NCBI RefSeq assembly: GCF_026210795.1
Contig: NC_089431.1
Span: 4,216,001 to 4,280,000, forward strand
Length of the DNA: 64,000 bases
Source: Rhizophagus irregularis
Lineage: Eukaryota
Reading direction: 5' to 3'
Positions 1 to 11,431 of the stretch are shown piece after piece. The notes beneath the pieces were generated by a model. That model saw only the letters and a list, made by a program, of their open reading frames with translations, did no database searches and was not told the origin of the DNA. Made by a program: the position numbers and the translations under genes. Every line of letters begins with the position of its first letter. Position 1 is the stretch's first letter.

Positions 1-67
1 ATTTTTACATTAAATAATAAAATTTCTTTGATCCATCTTTCACCCCTCTTCTTTTCAAATACTTCAG

Positions 68-2653
68 ATGAGTAATATTGATATAGATTCTGAAAGTTTA
101 TCTGATAATGGTATATCACGTGATGCAACACCTCATGTTAGCGAACCAGAAGATATTCCACAGTAGAGTAGTAGAAACTATAAATCTGTAGTTCATGATT
201 ATTTTACTTTAAATAATACATAAAATTGATATGATTGCAAGCATTGTAATAAAAATTATAAAATAGCTAAAGATGGTTCAACATCTAGTTTATGGAAGCA
301 TATTAAAACTAAACATAATGATATATATTCAGAAATAAGTCAATTAACCAGTGCATTAAATAAACTTGAAATCTCAGAGCCATTGGTATATAGTATTTTA
401 TTTTTAATTTATTATTTTATATTTTATAATATATCTGATATTAATTAAACCAATTATATTATAGATATTTACACAGGAATCTTTTCGTAATGATTTAGTT
501 TATTGGATTATTAGTGATGAACAGCCTTTTACCATAGTTCAAAATTTATTATTTCAAAAAATGATAATACGTCTTAATTCTGAAGTTAAAATACCTTCAG
601 CTGATACAATTCATAATGATATTATAAAAATTTTTAAAGATGAAAAAGAATTTATAAAAAAAAAATTACAGGTTTGTTATGTATTTAAATATATTAAATT
701 ATTACAAATATTTTATTTAATATATTATTTTATAAATTTATAGGAAATACCAAGCAAAGTTTCTATTACACTAGATGCATGGACGTCAAAGAATCAAATT
801 TCTTTTTTAGGAATAACTATTCACTGGATTACAAATGATTGGAAACTTGAAAACACTACTCTTGATTTTTCTCATATAGAAGGACCACACTCAGGAGAGA
901 ATCTTGCATCCAAATTGTTTGAAGTTTTGAAGGAATTTGAACTTTTACAAAAAGTAAATATTGCTAAATACTTTATTTAATAAATTTTTTAATTTTAATT
1001 TTTTTTGAAATACATTAGATATTAGGTATTAGTACCGACAATACGTCTAATATGAATAAGATGTTTAGTAAATTTGAAAGTATTTGTGAATATGAAGGAA
1101 TTGAATTTATTGCTAAAAATCAACGTATTCGTTGTTTAGCTCATATAATTAATTTAGCAGTACAAAATATACTTAAAACATTAAAGGAAGAAGCTCCTGA
1201 AAATGAAAATGAAATTTTACAAGAAAATACTTCTACTATTACATTAGGAGTTATTGCAAAAGTAAGTTATATAATTTATAATTAATTTTACTTATAATAA
1301 ATTATTAATTATTAATAATTATATTAATGAATTTATTACATTTTTATTAATAGCTTCGAACATTAATAATAAAAATTAGAGCATCTTCTCAAAAAAAAGA
1401 AAAATTTAAAAGACAATGTATTGCTTTAAATATAAAGCCATTAGAATTAATCCCTGATGTCAAGACAAGATGGAATTCTACACATAATATGATAGAAAGG
1501 GCTATTATTTTACGTGAGGTAAAAATATTTTATAGTATATAAAAAATATATTATATATATTAATACTTATTAGTATTTATTTATTAGCCACTATATAATT
1601 TTGCTGTAACAGATAAAGAACTTTTATCTTATGTATTAAATGATATAGAATGGAAGAAAATAAAAGAAATATAAGGTTTATTAACAGTAAATATATAATT
1701 TATATAATTGCTATTAAATTTTTTACATTATATTAATTTTTAATTAATTTTTAGTGTTTTGAAAAAGCAACCTTAGAGATGAGTTCATCATATTTTCCAA
1801 CACTTGGCCAGACTGTGCCAATATATAATTATTTAATTGATAAGATTGAAGATTTTCTTGATAAAGAAACTGATACAAAATCAGAAGATGTTGTTAATGC
1901 CACAAATAATGCCAAAAATAAGTTACAACAATATTATCTGAGTTCAGATGGACTTGTTTATATAATTGCAACTAGTATGTAATATATATATTTAGTTAAT
2001 AATTGCTTGTTTACTGTAAAATTATTAATTAAATTATTTATTTAATAGTAATTGATCCACGACATAAACTCCAATATTATACTGATAATGAATTTGAAGA
2101 AGACTATATTATTGCATATAAAAATCAAATTAAAGAATTATGGGTAACCAAATATAAACCAGAAAATAATGAAAATGATAATCAAAATATTAATCAAAAT
2201 TCTCTTGCAGCTCATATGTTTAAGAAGCGAAAAACTTCTTATTCTGATGAGCTTGAAGCATATCTTAATGAGCCACTAGCAAATTTTGACATGGATATTT
2301 TAGCATTTTGGAAGGTAAATAACAAATACATGATATTATTTATTATATCAGTTATTTGGAAGTTTATTAAATTTTTAATTTTTTTATAGGTTCATGAAAA
2401 TAAATTTCCGAATTTGTCAAAAATGGCTAGAGATTTTTTAGCAATTCCTGGTATATTTAACTTTAATTATTTAATAATAATTTACAATATAATCATTAAT
2501 TTGCTATTTTAAATAGGTACAAGTGTTCCAGTTGAACGAGTATTTTCCGGTGGTACAGATCTCATTACACAAAGTCGATGCAGCTTAGATCCAGAAACAA
2601 TTCGAAAACTTATGTGTTTAAAAGCATGGATAAAATATAAAAATTCGAATTAG
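68..2653 (+). pseudogene. hAT-family transposase, multi-exon (BED zinc finger, DDE core, hATC dimerisation domain), inactivated by in-frame stops
   Basis: Spliced translation gives BED finger (YDCKHC...STSSLWKHIKTKH), ITLDAWTS (D1), ISTDNTSNM (D2), RCLAHIINL (CxxH), DVKTRWNST and C-terminal FWK..FPNLSKMARDFLAIPGTSVPVERVFS..LMCLKAW. Short GT-AG introns separate the exons. In-frame stops at 164-166, 221-223, 227-229 and 1672-1674; terminal TAG 2651-2653. Confidence 0.92.
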
Positions 2654-3299
2654 CTTAGTATTTAAAAAATGTATTTTTATGGTAAATTATTAGCATTTAT
2701 CGTATAGTTGTATCTTGGTAAATTATTAATTATTTTTTATATACTATATAAGCTTATGCGGCAACTTATAATTGTAAATTAAGAAAAATTCATCCAAATT
2801 TTTCTTATGATCACATGATGCTTAATTTTGAAAAGATTTTTTTAAAATAATAAATATACTGTGGCAACAACTTCGCAACTTAATTGTAAATTTCATTTTT
2901 ATTTTATTTTAGTTTTATTTTTTTTATTTTAATTCCCTACTTTTGTGGATTTCGCCTAAGTCTAATTTAAAACTATTAATCTAACTAATCTATTAACCTT
3001 TTAAACTACACTATAGATTCAAACAATAATACACGTAAAATAAAAGAAAAAATATTAATTTATCCTCCCTCAGTTTACCTTCTTCATTAATCGTATTATC
3101 TTATCCTTTACATATACCTAAGACTGTTCTTGTGACTCTCTCCTCCGATTCCGTATTAATACTTTGTTGCATAGGAGTTGGATTTTCTGATCTCAAATCA
3201 TTTATAACTTCCACTACTTTTCTACTGATACGTCATCTGCCTTAAAACTTCCCTTTATCTCTATCTTCCCCCAAATTATTCTGCGTTACGAAATTTTCT

Positions 3300-4200
3300 T
3301 GCTCGCAAAGAACAGAATACCTGAAGAAAAAAAGATGAAATTAGCAAAAGAATATGAAAGAAACGGAAAAAACAACAAAAAACTTTTCTAAACATATACC
3401 TTTTCGCGAAAAGCAACAAGAACCAAAAACCTAAAGAAGAGAAGAACAAAATTAGCAAGGAATGAAGGATGAAAGAAGCAAAAAGAACGATTCTAACCAT
3501 TGCCCGCCCATAAAAAACTGCAAAGAACCGAATACCTACTAAATAAAAAGTGGACGAAATTAGCAAAGGAGAATGAACGAAAAAAAATAAAAAAAAAGAT
3601 ATACAACACCTGCCTTTTACGAAGAGCCGCAAGGAACCAAGAACCTAAAGGAAGAATGAAAAAGAGAAACACCAGTCTTAAATAATAATAAAAAAAAAAT
3701 TTCTTTTTCGTCTAATTTCGTACGTCCCTTTCCTTCAGGTTTCAGTTCTTGTGAAAAGGCAGGTTTTTTTACTTTTTGATTCTTTTTTAGTTTTCTTTCC
3801 GCTATTTTTGCTGATTTTGTTTTCTCTTCTTTTTTTTTAGATTTTTGGTAAGTTTCTGACATTACTGTGAAGAACCACAAAGACTGAGACCTAAAAAGAA
3901 GAAAAGAACGTACATTAGCAAGGGAACAAGCAATAAAACAAAAAAAAAAGTGTTAAAGCCTACCTTTCTGTGCATAGATAACCAAAGAACCAAAACTTAA
4001 AGACACACTCTTCAATTCTTTACATTCGCTCAAAAAATCTTCTTCGCTTAGGTTCTGTTCAAAACAACTATATTTCTGTGAAGAACTGCAAAGAAACTGA
4101 GACCTAAAAGAAGAAAAGAACGTACATTAGCAAAGGAGAACAAGAAATAAAACAAAAAAAAAATATTTAAGCCTACCGTGCTTTAAGAACCAAAGCTTCA
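3300..4200 (-). repeat. Degenerate repeated intron-like units (~70-80 nt) inside the hAT 3' region
   Basis: 3870-3965 and 4081-4180 are close direct repeats, with more diverged copies at 3305-3610. On the minus strand each reads GT donor...GCTAAT branch site...polypyrimidine-AG. Confidence 0.6.
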
Positions 4201-6592
4201 TGTCAGTTTCTGGCGGTGAAGTTATGAGTTAATTGTAGCTAACAACTGTTCGCGTGAAAATAAAAATGTGAATAAAAATATGACTTTTAGTAAAAATGTA
4301 AAGTGAAAAACAACTGAACCTTAATTGCACTAATTACAATCGGCTAGTCTCTGGCGGTGAGAACTTCCTTTGTGTCTTTGGATACTTAGAAGAAGCCGTA
4401 GCTTCGTGTCGGCTACCTAGGAAGGACGGAATTGGTAAAAGGAAGTAAAAAAAGCCTTTCTTTCGGCTTTTCGTTCACTAAAGGGAAAGAGTAGAGAATA
4501 TAAATTTTTTTTTTTAAAAAAAAAAAAATTTTCATTGGTTCCACCGGTTCCCAGTTTGGTTCACGAGTCGGATTATTAAATAAATCGAACCGGAACCAGA
4601 ACTGAACCGGAAATTTCAGATTAAAATTTTTTAGAACCAAAACGGATTTTCGGTTCAGTTCCAGTTTGGTTTTCAGATAGAACCGGAATCGTTCGGAGCT
4701 TTATATCAGACTGGTGAGTTGTTTTTTATTTGTTTTGCTTTAAAGAAACATTTTTAACATTTTATTTTTATTTTTTTTTATCTAGAAATGCAGGTTTTTT
4801 GTATATATATGCGAGACTTTTAAAGGTAAATTGTGACTTGTGAGGGCTTTTCTTATTTGTTTAACTTTAAAGAAACATTTCTAACGTTTCATTTTTTATT
4901 TTTATTTTTTTAGGGATGCCAGATTTTTTGTACAAATTGAATTTTTAAAGATATTTGGATTTTTGTACAAAATCTTTCACTCTGGACTTACAATGGTTTC
5001 CATTTCCTAGTAATTATTAATATATATTAAATAAAAAATAGTTGGAATTTCGTGATTATGATGTTTAAACTATACTTTAATTTGTTATATTTTAAATTCC
5101 ATATTATATATTATTATATGTAACTTATTTCTAAATTTTAATAATTAATTTTTTTATTAGGAAATTTTACTTTGTATATATTTTTTATTTTTTTTTACTT
5201 TAATAAAACTGCAAATGCGCTGCGGAAAAAAAAAAAAAAAATAATCAATTTTTTCTACTTTTTATACAAATTTCAATTTAAATATTTAACTAAATCATAT
5301 AATGATCTATAAGATAACTTTATATTGGAAAAAACTACATCATTTATGATCTGCAATCTTTATATTTTTCTATTTCTTTCATCAAATATTTAATTATTTA
5401 ATTTATATAATATAACTACCTTCAATTATTTATTATTTATTTGCAATTAAAGAATTTATATAAAAAAAATACAAGCAATTTGCAATTTTATAATTTTATA
5501 AAAAACATTGTTAATAGCAAGATTTTACCCAAACTATAAAAATTATTTCCTGAATGTTTGCTATATTTACTAATATTAATTTCATTATACTCGGTTTAGA
5601 ATTGAATTTAGATTTAAATAATATGATAAATTACAAAAAAAAGTCAAAAGCAGTAATATAATATTATAACATAAAAATAATTCTAAAATTTAATAATTTA
5701 ATATTAAAATGATTTAGAATCAAGTTTATTAGTTACATATTTATTAATTTACCTAAAGATAGATATTTTATATAGGTCTAACAAATTCTTAATTAACAAA
5801 TCAAACCGGTCATATGGTGAATTGTTATATAATATACCAAACTAGTTTTCTGTTTTAGATAATTTGGGCCAAAATTGTAGTGCTGGCAGAAATTATATTT
5901 TCGATAATCCTGGCCAACACTATAAATTCGGTGTATAGTCACATGACTGTTCGTTATAGAAAATATGATTGGGAACTTTGCAGGACCTCATAAAAAAAAA
6001 ATATCGCAAAAATAAGCCCCTTCCAAACTTTTCATTTTGTTCACTTAAAAAAAAGGGTGTTTATTGATTTTATGGAACAATTTAAATTTTATATTTATCA
6101 GTAATAAGTTAATAATATCACGCGTGGTATATTCATAATCTCTTGATTCCTCAAAAATATTCTTTTATTAAATCCGAATATTTGAATAAACAAATAAAGT
6201 AATAATTTCTTTATTTAATAATGATAAAAATTGACATTAATTTCTATAAGTTAATATGGTGTAAAAATAATAGTTATTTGTTTATATAGCCACTTTAAAC
6301 ATATGCCGAAAAACCAATATTCATTTCAAGATCACAGTGGCAAAGGAATGCAAAATTGAATTTATACGTCGACTTTTCATCTGTAAACTATTCTTTCGTA
6401 ATATCTTCATCCGTAGTATAGTCTTCATCTTTAGAAATATAGCCTTTCGCGTTTATGTGTTTAATTAGTTTATTCTTATATGTTACTGACTTATAATCGT
6501 CCACTTTGTAATTTTTGTCAATCATATGTAGATTCTGTTTTGATACTCGTCTATTGTCAGCAAAATCAATATTATTTGTTATTCATCTATTG

Positions 6593-7627
6593 TCAGTCAA
6601 ATAAACCAAACCCCATATCTTCGTCATCTGTATTAGACTCTTCTTTTTCTTCTAATTTCGTTTTACGAGGTTTTGATTTACCAATTGGCTTACTATCAGG
6701 ATTCAAATTTAAAAATGTTATTAATAAATCCTTATATAATTCCTTTGGTAAAATTTTCTTATAAGGTAATACTTTATCAGAAAATTCTTTTGAAGTTAAA
6801 TTATAGAATCTTATAAAAGGAATACAATGTTGTAACGTATTCTTTAAAGAATTAAAATCATCTTTTGAATAAGTGGAATGATCTGATGAAAGACCAGGAT
6901 TTTGAGCAAGACCCCATTTAAGAGTATGATCCCATATTTGAACTTCATCCATTTGAAGATTATCACATTGAATAATTGAACTTAAAAGATTTTCCGGAAT
7001 TTTAGAGAAATCTAATGATTCAAATATTTTATCTGGATCTTCAGAAATTAAATTAGTACAATATTTCTGAAGTTCTAAGAAAGAATTATTTTCAAAACTT
7101 GTTTGGTATATTAAATTAAAATTTTGTTCCATCCAATTCGTTTTGTTTGTAATCAAAAAGGATTGTAAACGAGTGACCAATTCTTGAAGACTTAATTCAT
7201 TGGCGGCGATCAAGATTTTAATAATATCTAAAGTATCATATTCTTCCAAAGATAATTTCCCTCCATATAAATACCTAAAATCATTCAACGATTAAAAATA
7301 AATAAATAAATAAATAAATAAAATATATCTAATAATAAGAACGTAAATTTAATTTGTTTATTTCTCTCACCTTAAAATTATTTGAAAAATATCTGGTGAA
7401 ATATTTGGTAATTTAATTTGTACCAAAGTTCCATCATTCTTTTTTTTATTAGTTGATAAAATTCTACGTAAATAAGTAGAACGATAATTTAAAATTACCA
7501 TATGAGCTCGGAATATTTTTACGTAAGGGTCATTACCAACTTCAATAGTAATATCACAATATTCATCATCATCTAAAATTTCAAGTAAATTTTGTGATAA
7601 TTTTTGTAAAAGTTCGTTGTCAGCCAT
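6593..7627 (-). CDS. BTB/POZ-BACK protein ending in a ribosomal P-protein-like C-terminal peptide; exons 7627-7371 and 7274-6593
   Basis: BTB (CDITIEVG..KIFRAHMVILNYRSTY), phase-2 GT-AG intron at FQIILR|YLYGG, BACK (EVQIWDHTLKWG, IRFYNL). C-terminus EEKEESNTDDEDMGFGLFD* confirmed on DNA at 6652-6593. Confidence 0.93.
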
Positions 7628-8006
7628 TTTTTTAAAAATAATTTTCAGTAAAAAAAGAAAATGCAGCAAAAAAAATTAACGTATGATATCTTTTTATATA
7701 AACATGAATGTTACTCAAAGTTGTTTGTTTATGTAACATTGAGATTCGCGCAGTTGGGCGCAGCGTACATCGTTTTAAAATTTCAGCGCATGTGATTTTT
7801 TAAAGTAGATAAGCCAAGCGCGACTGCTTACTATTATTACTATTATTTTATTTTATATATAATAGATAAGAGCGCATATGACTTCATAGTAGGTTGCTTA
7901 TAAATAATGTGCGACGCCTAATTTCTCGGGTAAAACATTTCCTGTACCACGTATAATTTGTCACCTCGTTGTTTACTTAGAGCTCCAATCATTTTGTCAC
8001 GTGACT

Positions 8007-8238
8007 TTATTGTCCGGAGCGTAGCGAAGGACTTTCCACTTATAAAGAACTAACGATTTTGGATTAACCCATGAAATTTTCCTTCTGTTCATCCGCTGAC
8101 GTCACCTCACTAATTATCTGCTTTTTCCTTTCTTGATTATGTATCACTTTTTACTTGTTTCACTGATGATGTTTTTTTAATAAAAAAAGATTCTGGGTAA
8201 ATAAGCGCGACGAACTTTAACGGTTTTCGTTTTCCTAG
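8007..8238 (+). mobile_element. Short non-autonomous Helitron/Helentron-like element
   Basis: Absent from the paralogous upstream region at ~10835. Has a 5' GAGCGTAGCGAAGGACT motif and a 3' small hairpin followed by CTAG|T. Related copy at 48003-48218. Confidence 0.55.
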
Positions 8239-9089
8239 TATAATAACGAAAAAAATAAATTAGAATTGATTTTATTCAAAATTTCGAATATTAATTTATA
8301 ATTCAATTATCTGTAACGCAACTATAATGCGATTATCAAACAAAAGATTAATTTAAGCTGAAAATTAATATAAGTAATTTCAAGGGAAGAGAGAAAGCTC
8401 CATCCTGGCCAGCACTATAAATTTGGCCTGGTTTAGTACAAGTATATAGTCACATGACTGTTCGTTATACTTGTAAAGAATATAATAGTATTACATAGGG
8501 GCTGTTCGAGATGCGTTTTATTATTAAAGTTCGTTATATCCAGTGAAGTTATTTATAAAAATCGATTCTGGAAATTCCGATTCGGTTTCGTTATAACCAG
8601 TGACCAGTGGCGACTGTATTTAATTGAGTTTAACTATATTAATTCTCTTAATTATGCTAAGCAAATATATGTGAAATAAACACTCTTTGAACTCATTACA
8701 ATAAGAATCTTATTAAAAAAAAAATATCGCAAAAATAAGCCCCCCTGGCAAAAAAAGGGTTTACAGAATAATTTAAATCTTATATTTATCAGTAACAATT
8801 AATAATATCACGCATGGAATATTCATGATCTCTTGATTCTTCAAGAATATTCCTTTATTAAATCCTAAATATTTGAATAAAAACAAATAAAGTAATAATT
8901 TCTTTATTTTAATAATGATAAAAATTGACATTTACTTCTATAAATTAATATGGTGTAAAATAATAGTTATTTGTTTATATAACTACTTCCGAGAAACCAA
9001 TATTCATTTCAAAATCACAGTTACCAAAGGAATGTAATTTATACGTTGACTTTTATCTTTTCCTATTAAATTCATTGTAGTTATACTTT

Positions 9090-10501
9090 CTAGTTCTTCT
9101 CGTATGAATCGTACCTGTCCGCTGTAGTTCTTCTCGTTTGGAACTCATCACCTGATGAATCGTACCTGTCCGCTGTAGTTCTTCTCGTTTGGATAGAATC
9201 ATCACCTGATGAATCGTACTTGTCCGCTGTAGTTCTTCTCGTTTGGATAGAATCATCACCTGATGAATCGTACTTGTCCGCTGTAGTTCTTCTCGTTTGG
9301 ATAGAATCATCACCTGATGAATCGTACTTGTCCGCTGTAGTTCTTCTCGTTTGGATAGAATCATCACCTGATGAATCGTACCTGTCCGCTGTAGTTCTTC
9401 TCGTTTGGATAGAATCATCACCTGATGAATCGTGCCTGTCCGCTGTAGTTCTTCTCGTTGGGAACTTATTATCTGGTGTATCGCTCATGATCGCTAATTT
9501 CGTTTTGCTATAAAGTTTTTTAGTCATACGAGGTTTTGATTTATCAATTGGCTTGCTATCAGGATTCAAATTTAAAAATGTTGCCAATAAATCCTTATAT
9601 AATTCCTTTGGAAAAATTTTCTTATAAGGTAATACTTTATCATAAAATTCTTTTGAAGTTAAATTATAGAATCTTATAAAAGGAATACAATGTTGTAATG
9701 TATTCTTTAAAGAATTAAGATCATCTTTTGAATAAGTGGAATGATCTGAAGAAAGACCAGGATTTTGAGCAAGACCCCATTTAAGAACATGATCCCATAT
9801 TTGAATTTCATCCATTTGAAGATTATCACATTGAATAATTGAGATTAAAAGATTTTCCGGAATTTTAGAGAAATCTAATGATTCAAGTATTTTATCTGGA
9901 TCTTCAGAAATTAAATTAGTACAATATTTCTGAAGTTCTAAGAAAGAATTATTTTCAAAACTTGTTTGATATATTAAATTAAAATTTTGTTCCATCCAAT
10001 CCATTTTGTTTGTAATCAAAAAGGATTGTAAACGAGTGACCAATTCTTGAAGACTTAATTCATTGGCGGCGACCAAAATTTTAACAATATCTAAAGTATC
10101 ATATTCTTCCAAAGATAATTTCCCTCCATATAAATACCTGAAATCATTTAACGATTAATTAAATAAATAAATAAAATATATTATTAATAAGAACGTATAA
10201 TTTATAATAAATAAAAAATTAATTTGTTTAATTATTTCTCTCACCTTAAAATTATTTGAAAAATTTCAGGTGAAATATTTGGTAATTTAATTTGTACCAA
10301 AGTTCCATCATTCTTTTTTTTATTAGTTGATAAAATTCTACGTAAATAAGTAGAACGATAATTTAAAATTACCATATGAGCTCGGAATATTTTTACGTAA
10401 GGGTCATTACCAACTTCAATAGTAATATCACAATATTCATCATCATCTAAAATTTCAAGTAAATTTTGTGATAATTTTTGTAAAAATTCGTTGTCAGCCA
10501 T
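9090..10501 (-). CDS. BTB/POZ-BACK protein with C-terminal 18-aa tandem repeat; exons 10501-10245 and 10137-9090
   Basis: Near-identical paralog of 6593-7627 through BTB-BACK, with the same intron. Diverges after SKPR/KTKL into (RRTTAD[RK]YDSSGDDSIQT)n. Confidence 0.92.
9092..9459. repeat. 54-bp coding minisatellite, 6 full units plus 1 partial
   Basis: Unit TCATCACCTGATGAATCGTACYTGTCCGCTGTAGTTCTTCTCGTTTGGATAGAA repeats head-to-tail without spacers; the last full unit is 3 bp shorter. Confidence 0.97.
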
Positions 10502-11431
10502 TTTTTTTTTAAAAAAAAAATTTCAGTAAAAAAAGAAATGTATGGCTTTTATATAAACATGAATGTTACTCAAAGTTGATTATGTAACATTGACGCCGAT
10601 TCGCGAAGTTGGCGCAGCGTTCATCGGTTTAAATTTGAATAATGGTGCTTACTGCTTAGTGCTTACTATTATTTTATCTATATATAACAGATAAGAGCGC
10701 ATATCGATATGGCTTCATGGGTTGCGCGCAAAACTTTATAAATAACGTGCGACGCTTAATTTCTCAGTTAAAACATGATTTCCTGTACCACATATAATTT
10801 GTCACTCATTGTGCTCCAATCATTTTGTCACGTGACTCTATATAATAGCTTCACGAAAGAAATAAATTAAAATTGATTTTATTATTGCAATATTTCGAAT
10901 ATTAATTTATAATTCAACTATCTGTAATGCGACTATAATGCGATTATCAAACAAAAAAGATTAATTCTCAGTGCGACGGGGCATAATAATATGTATTAAT
11001 ATTTTTCTCTTAAAGTTTATAATGCATTTTAAACACATGTTTCACCTTTTTTATAATCAACATTTACAATCTATATATTGTAATTCATATGAAAAAAAAA
11101 AAACTCTCTCCCCTTTCCGTTTTTTTTGTTAAAAAACCGCAGTAATATACCTTTTTTTTCACAAATACTTATATTTTTTGTAAGGAGCGAGGACCACTCG
11201 GTGGCCTCTACGGAAAGGTCTCCTCTTATTACCCTTGACCTCTGAGAGATATGGATACAGAAGATATACCTGTTCCACTTCAGTCTGTTCATAACGACCA
11301 GACTATTTTACCTTTACCTTTTCCCTTAAAAACGTTTAATAATACGTCCAATACTCATGAAAATACTTTCCTTGTCTCTGTGAAAAAATTTCACGTGATG
11401 ACAAAACACTGAACCGGTTATAACAAGATTT

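Larger units (their letters stand above)
1..4702 (+). mobile_element. hAT DNA transposon; probable right end at ~4702, left end outside window
   Basis: Transposase is followed by a dense cluster of GAACCGG/CCGGTTC subterminal repeats (4535-4690) ending CGTTCGGAGCTTTA, a TA-ending terminus typical of hAT. Left TIR and TSD are not visible. Confidence 0.6.

Noticed and set aside
3276..4640. ORFs 3276-3632, 3500-3685, 3617-3880, 4413-4640
   Set aside because: Low-complexity Phe/Lys-rich translations of repeats inside the transposon; no domain signal.
6593..6652. A genuine ribosomal P1/P2/P0 gene
   Set aside because: No P-protein N-terminal domain or Ala-rich hinge upstream; the peptide is directly in frame with BACK.
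9092..9459. Possible CRISPR array
   Set aside because: Units are contiguous with no unique spacers, the context is eukaryotic and there are no cas genes; it is a coding minisatellite.
9053..9513. Alternative-frame ORFs 9053-9421 (-) and 9220-9513 (+)
   Set aside because: By-products of a stop-free 54-bp repeat; only the frame continuous with BACK is supported.
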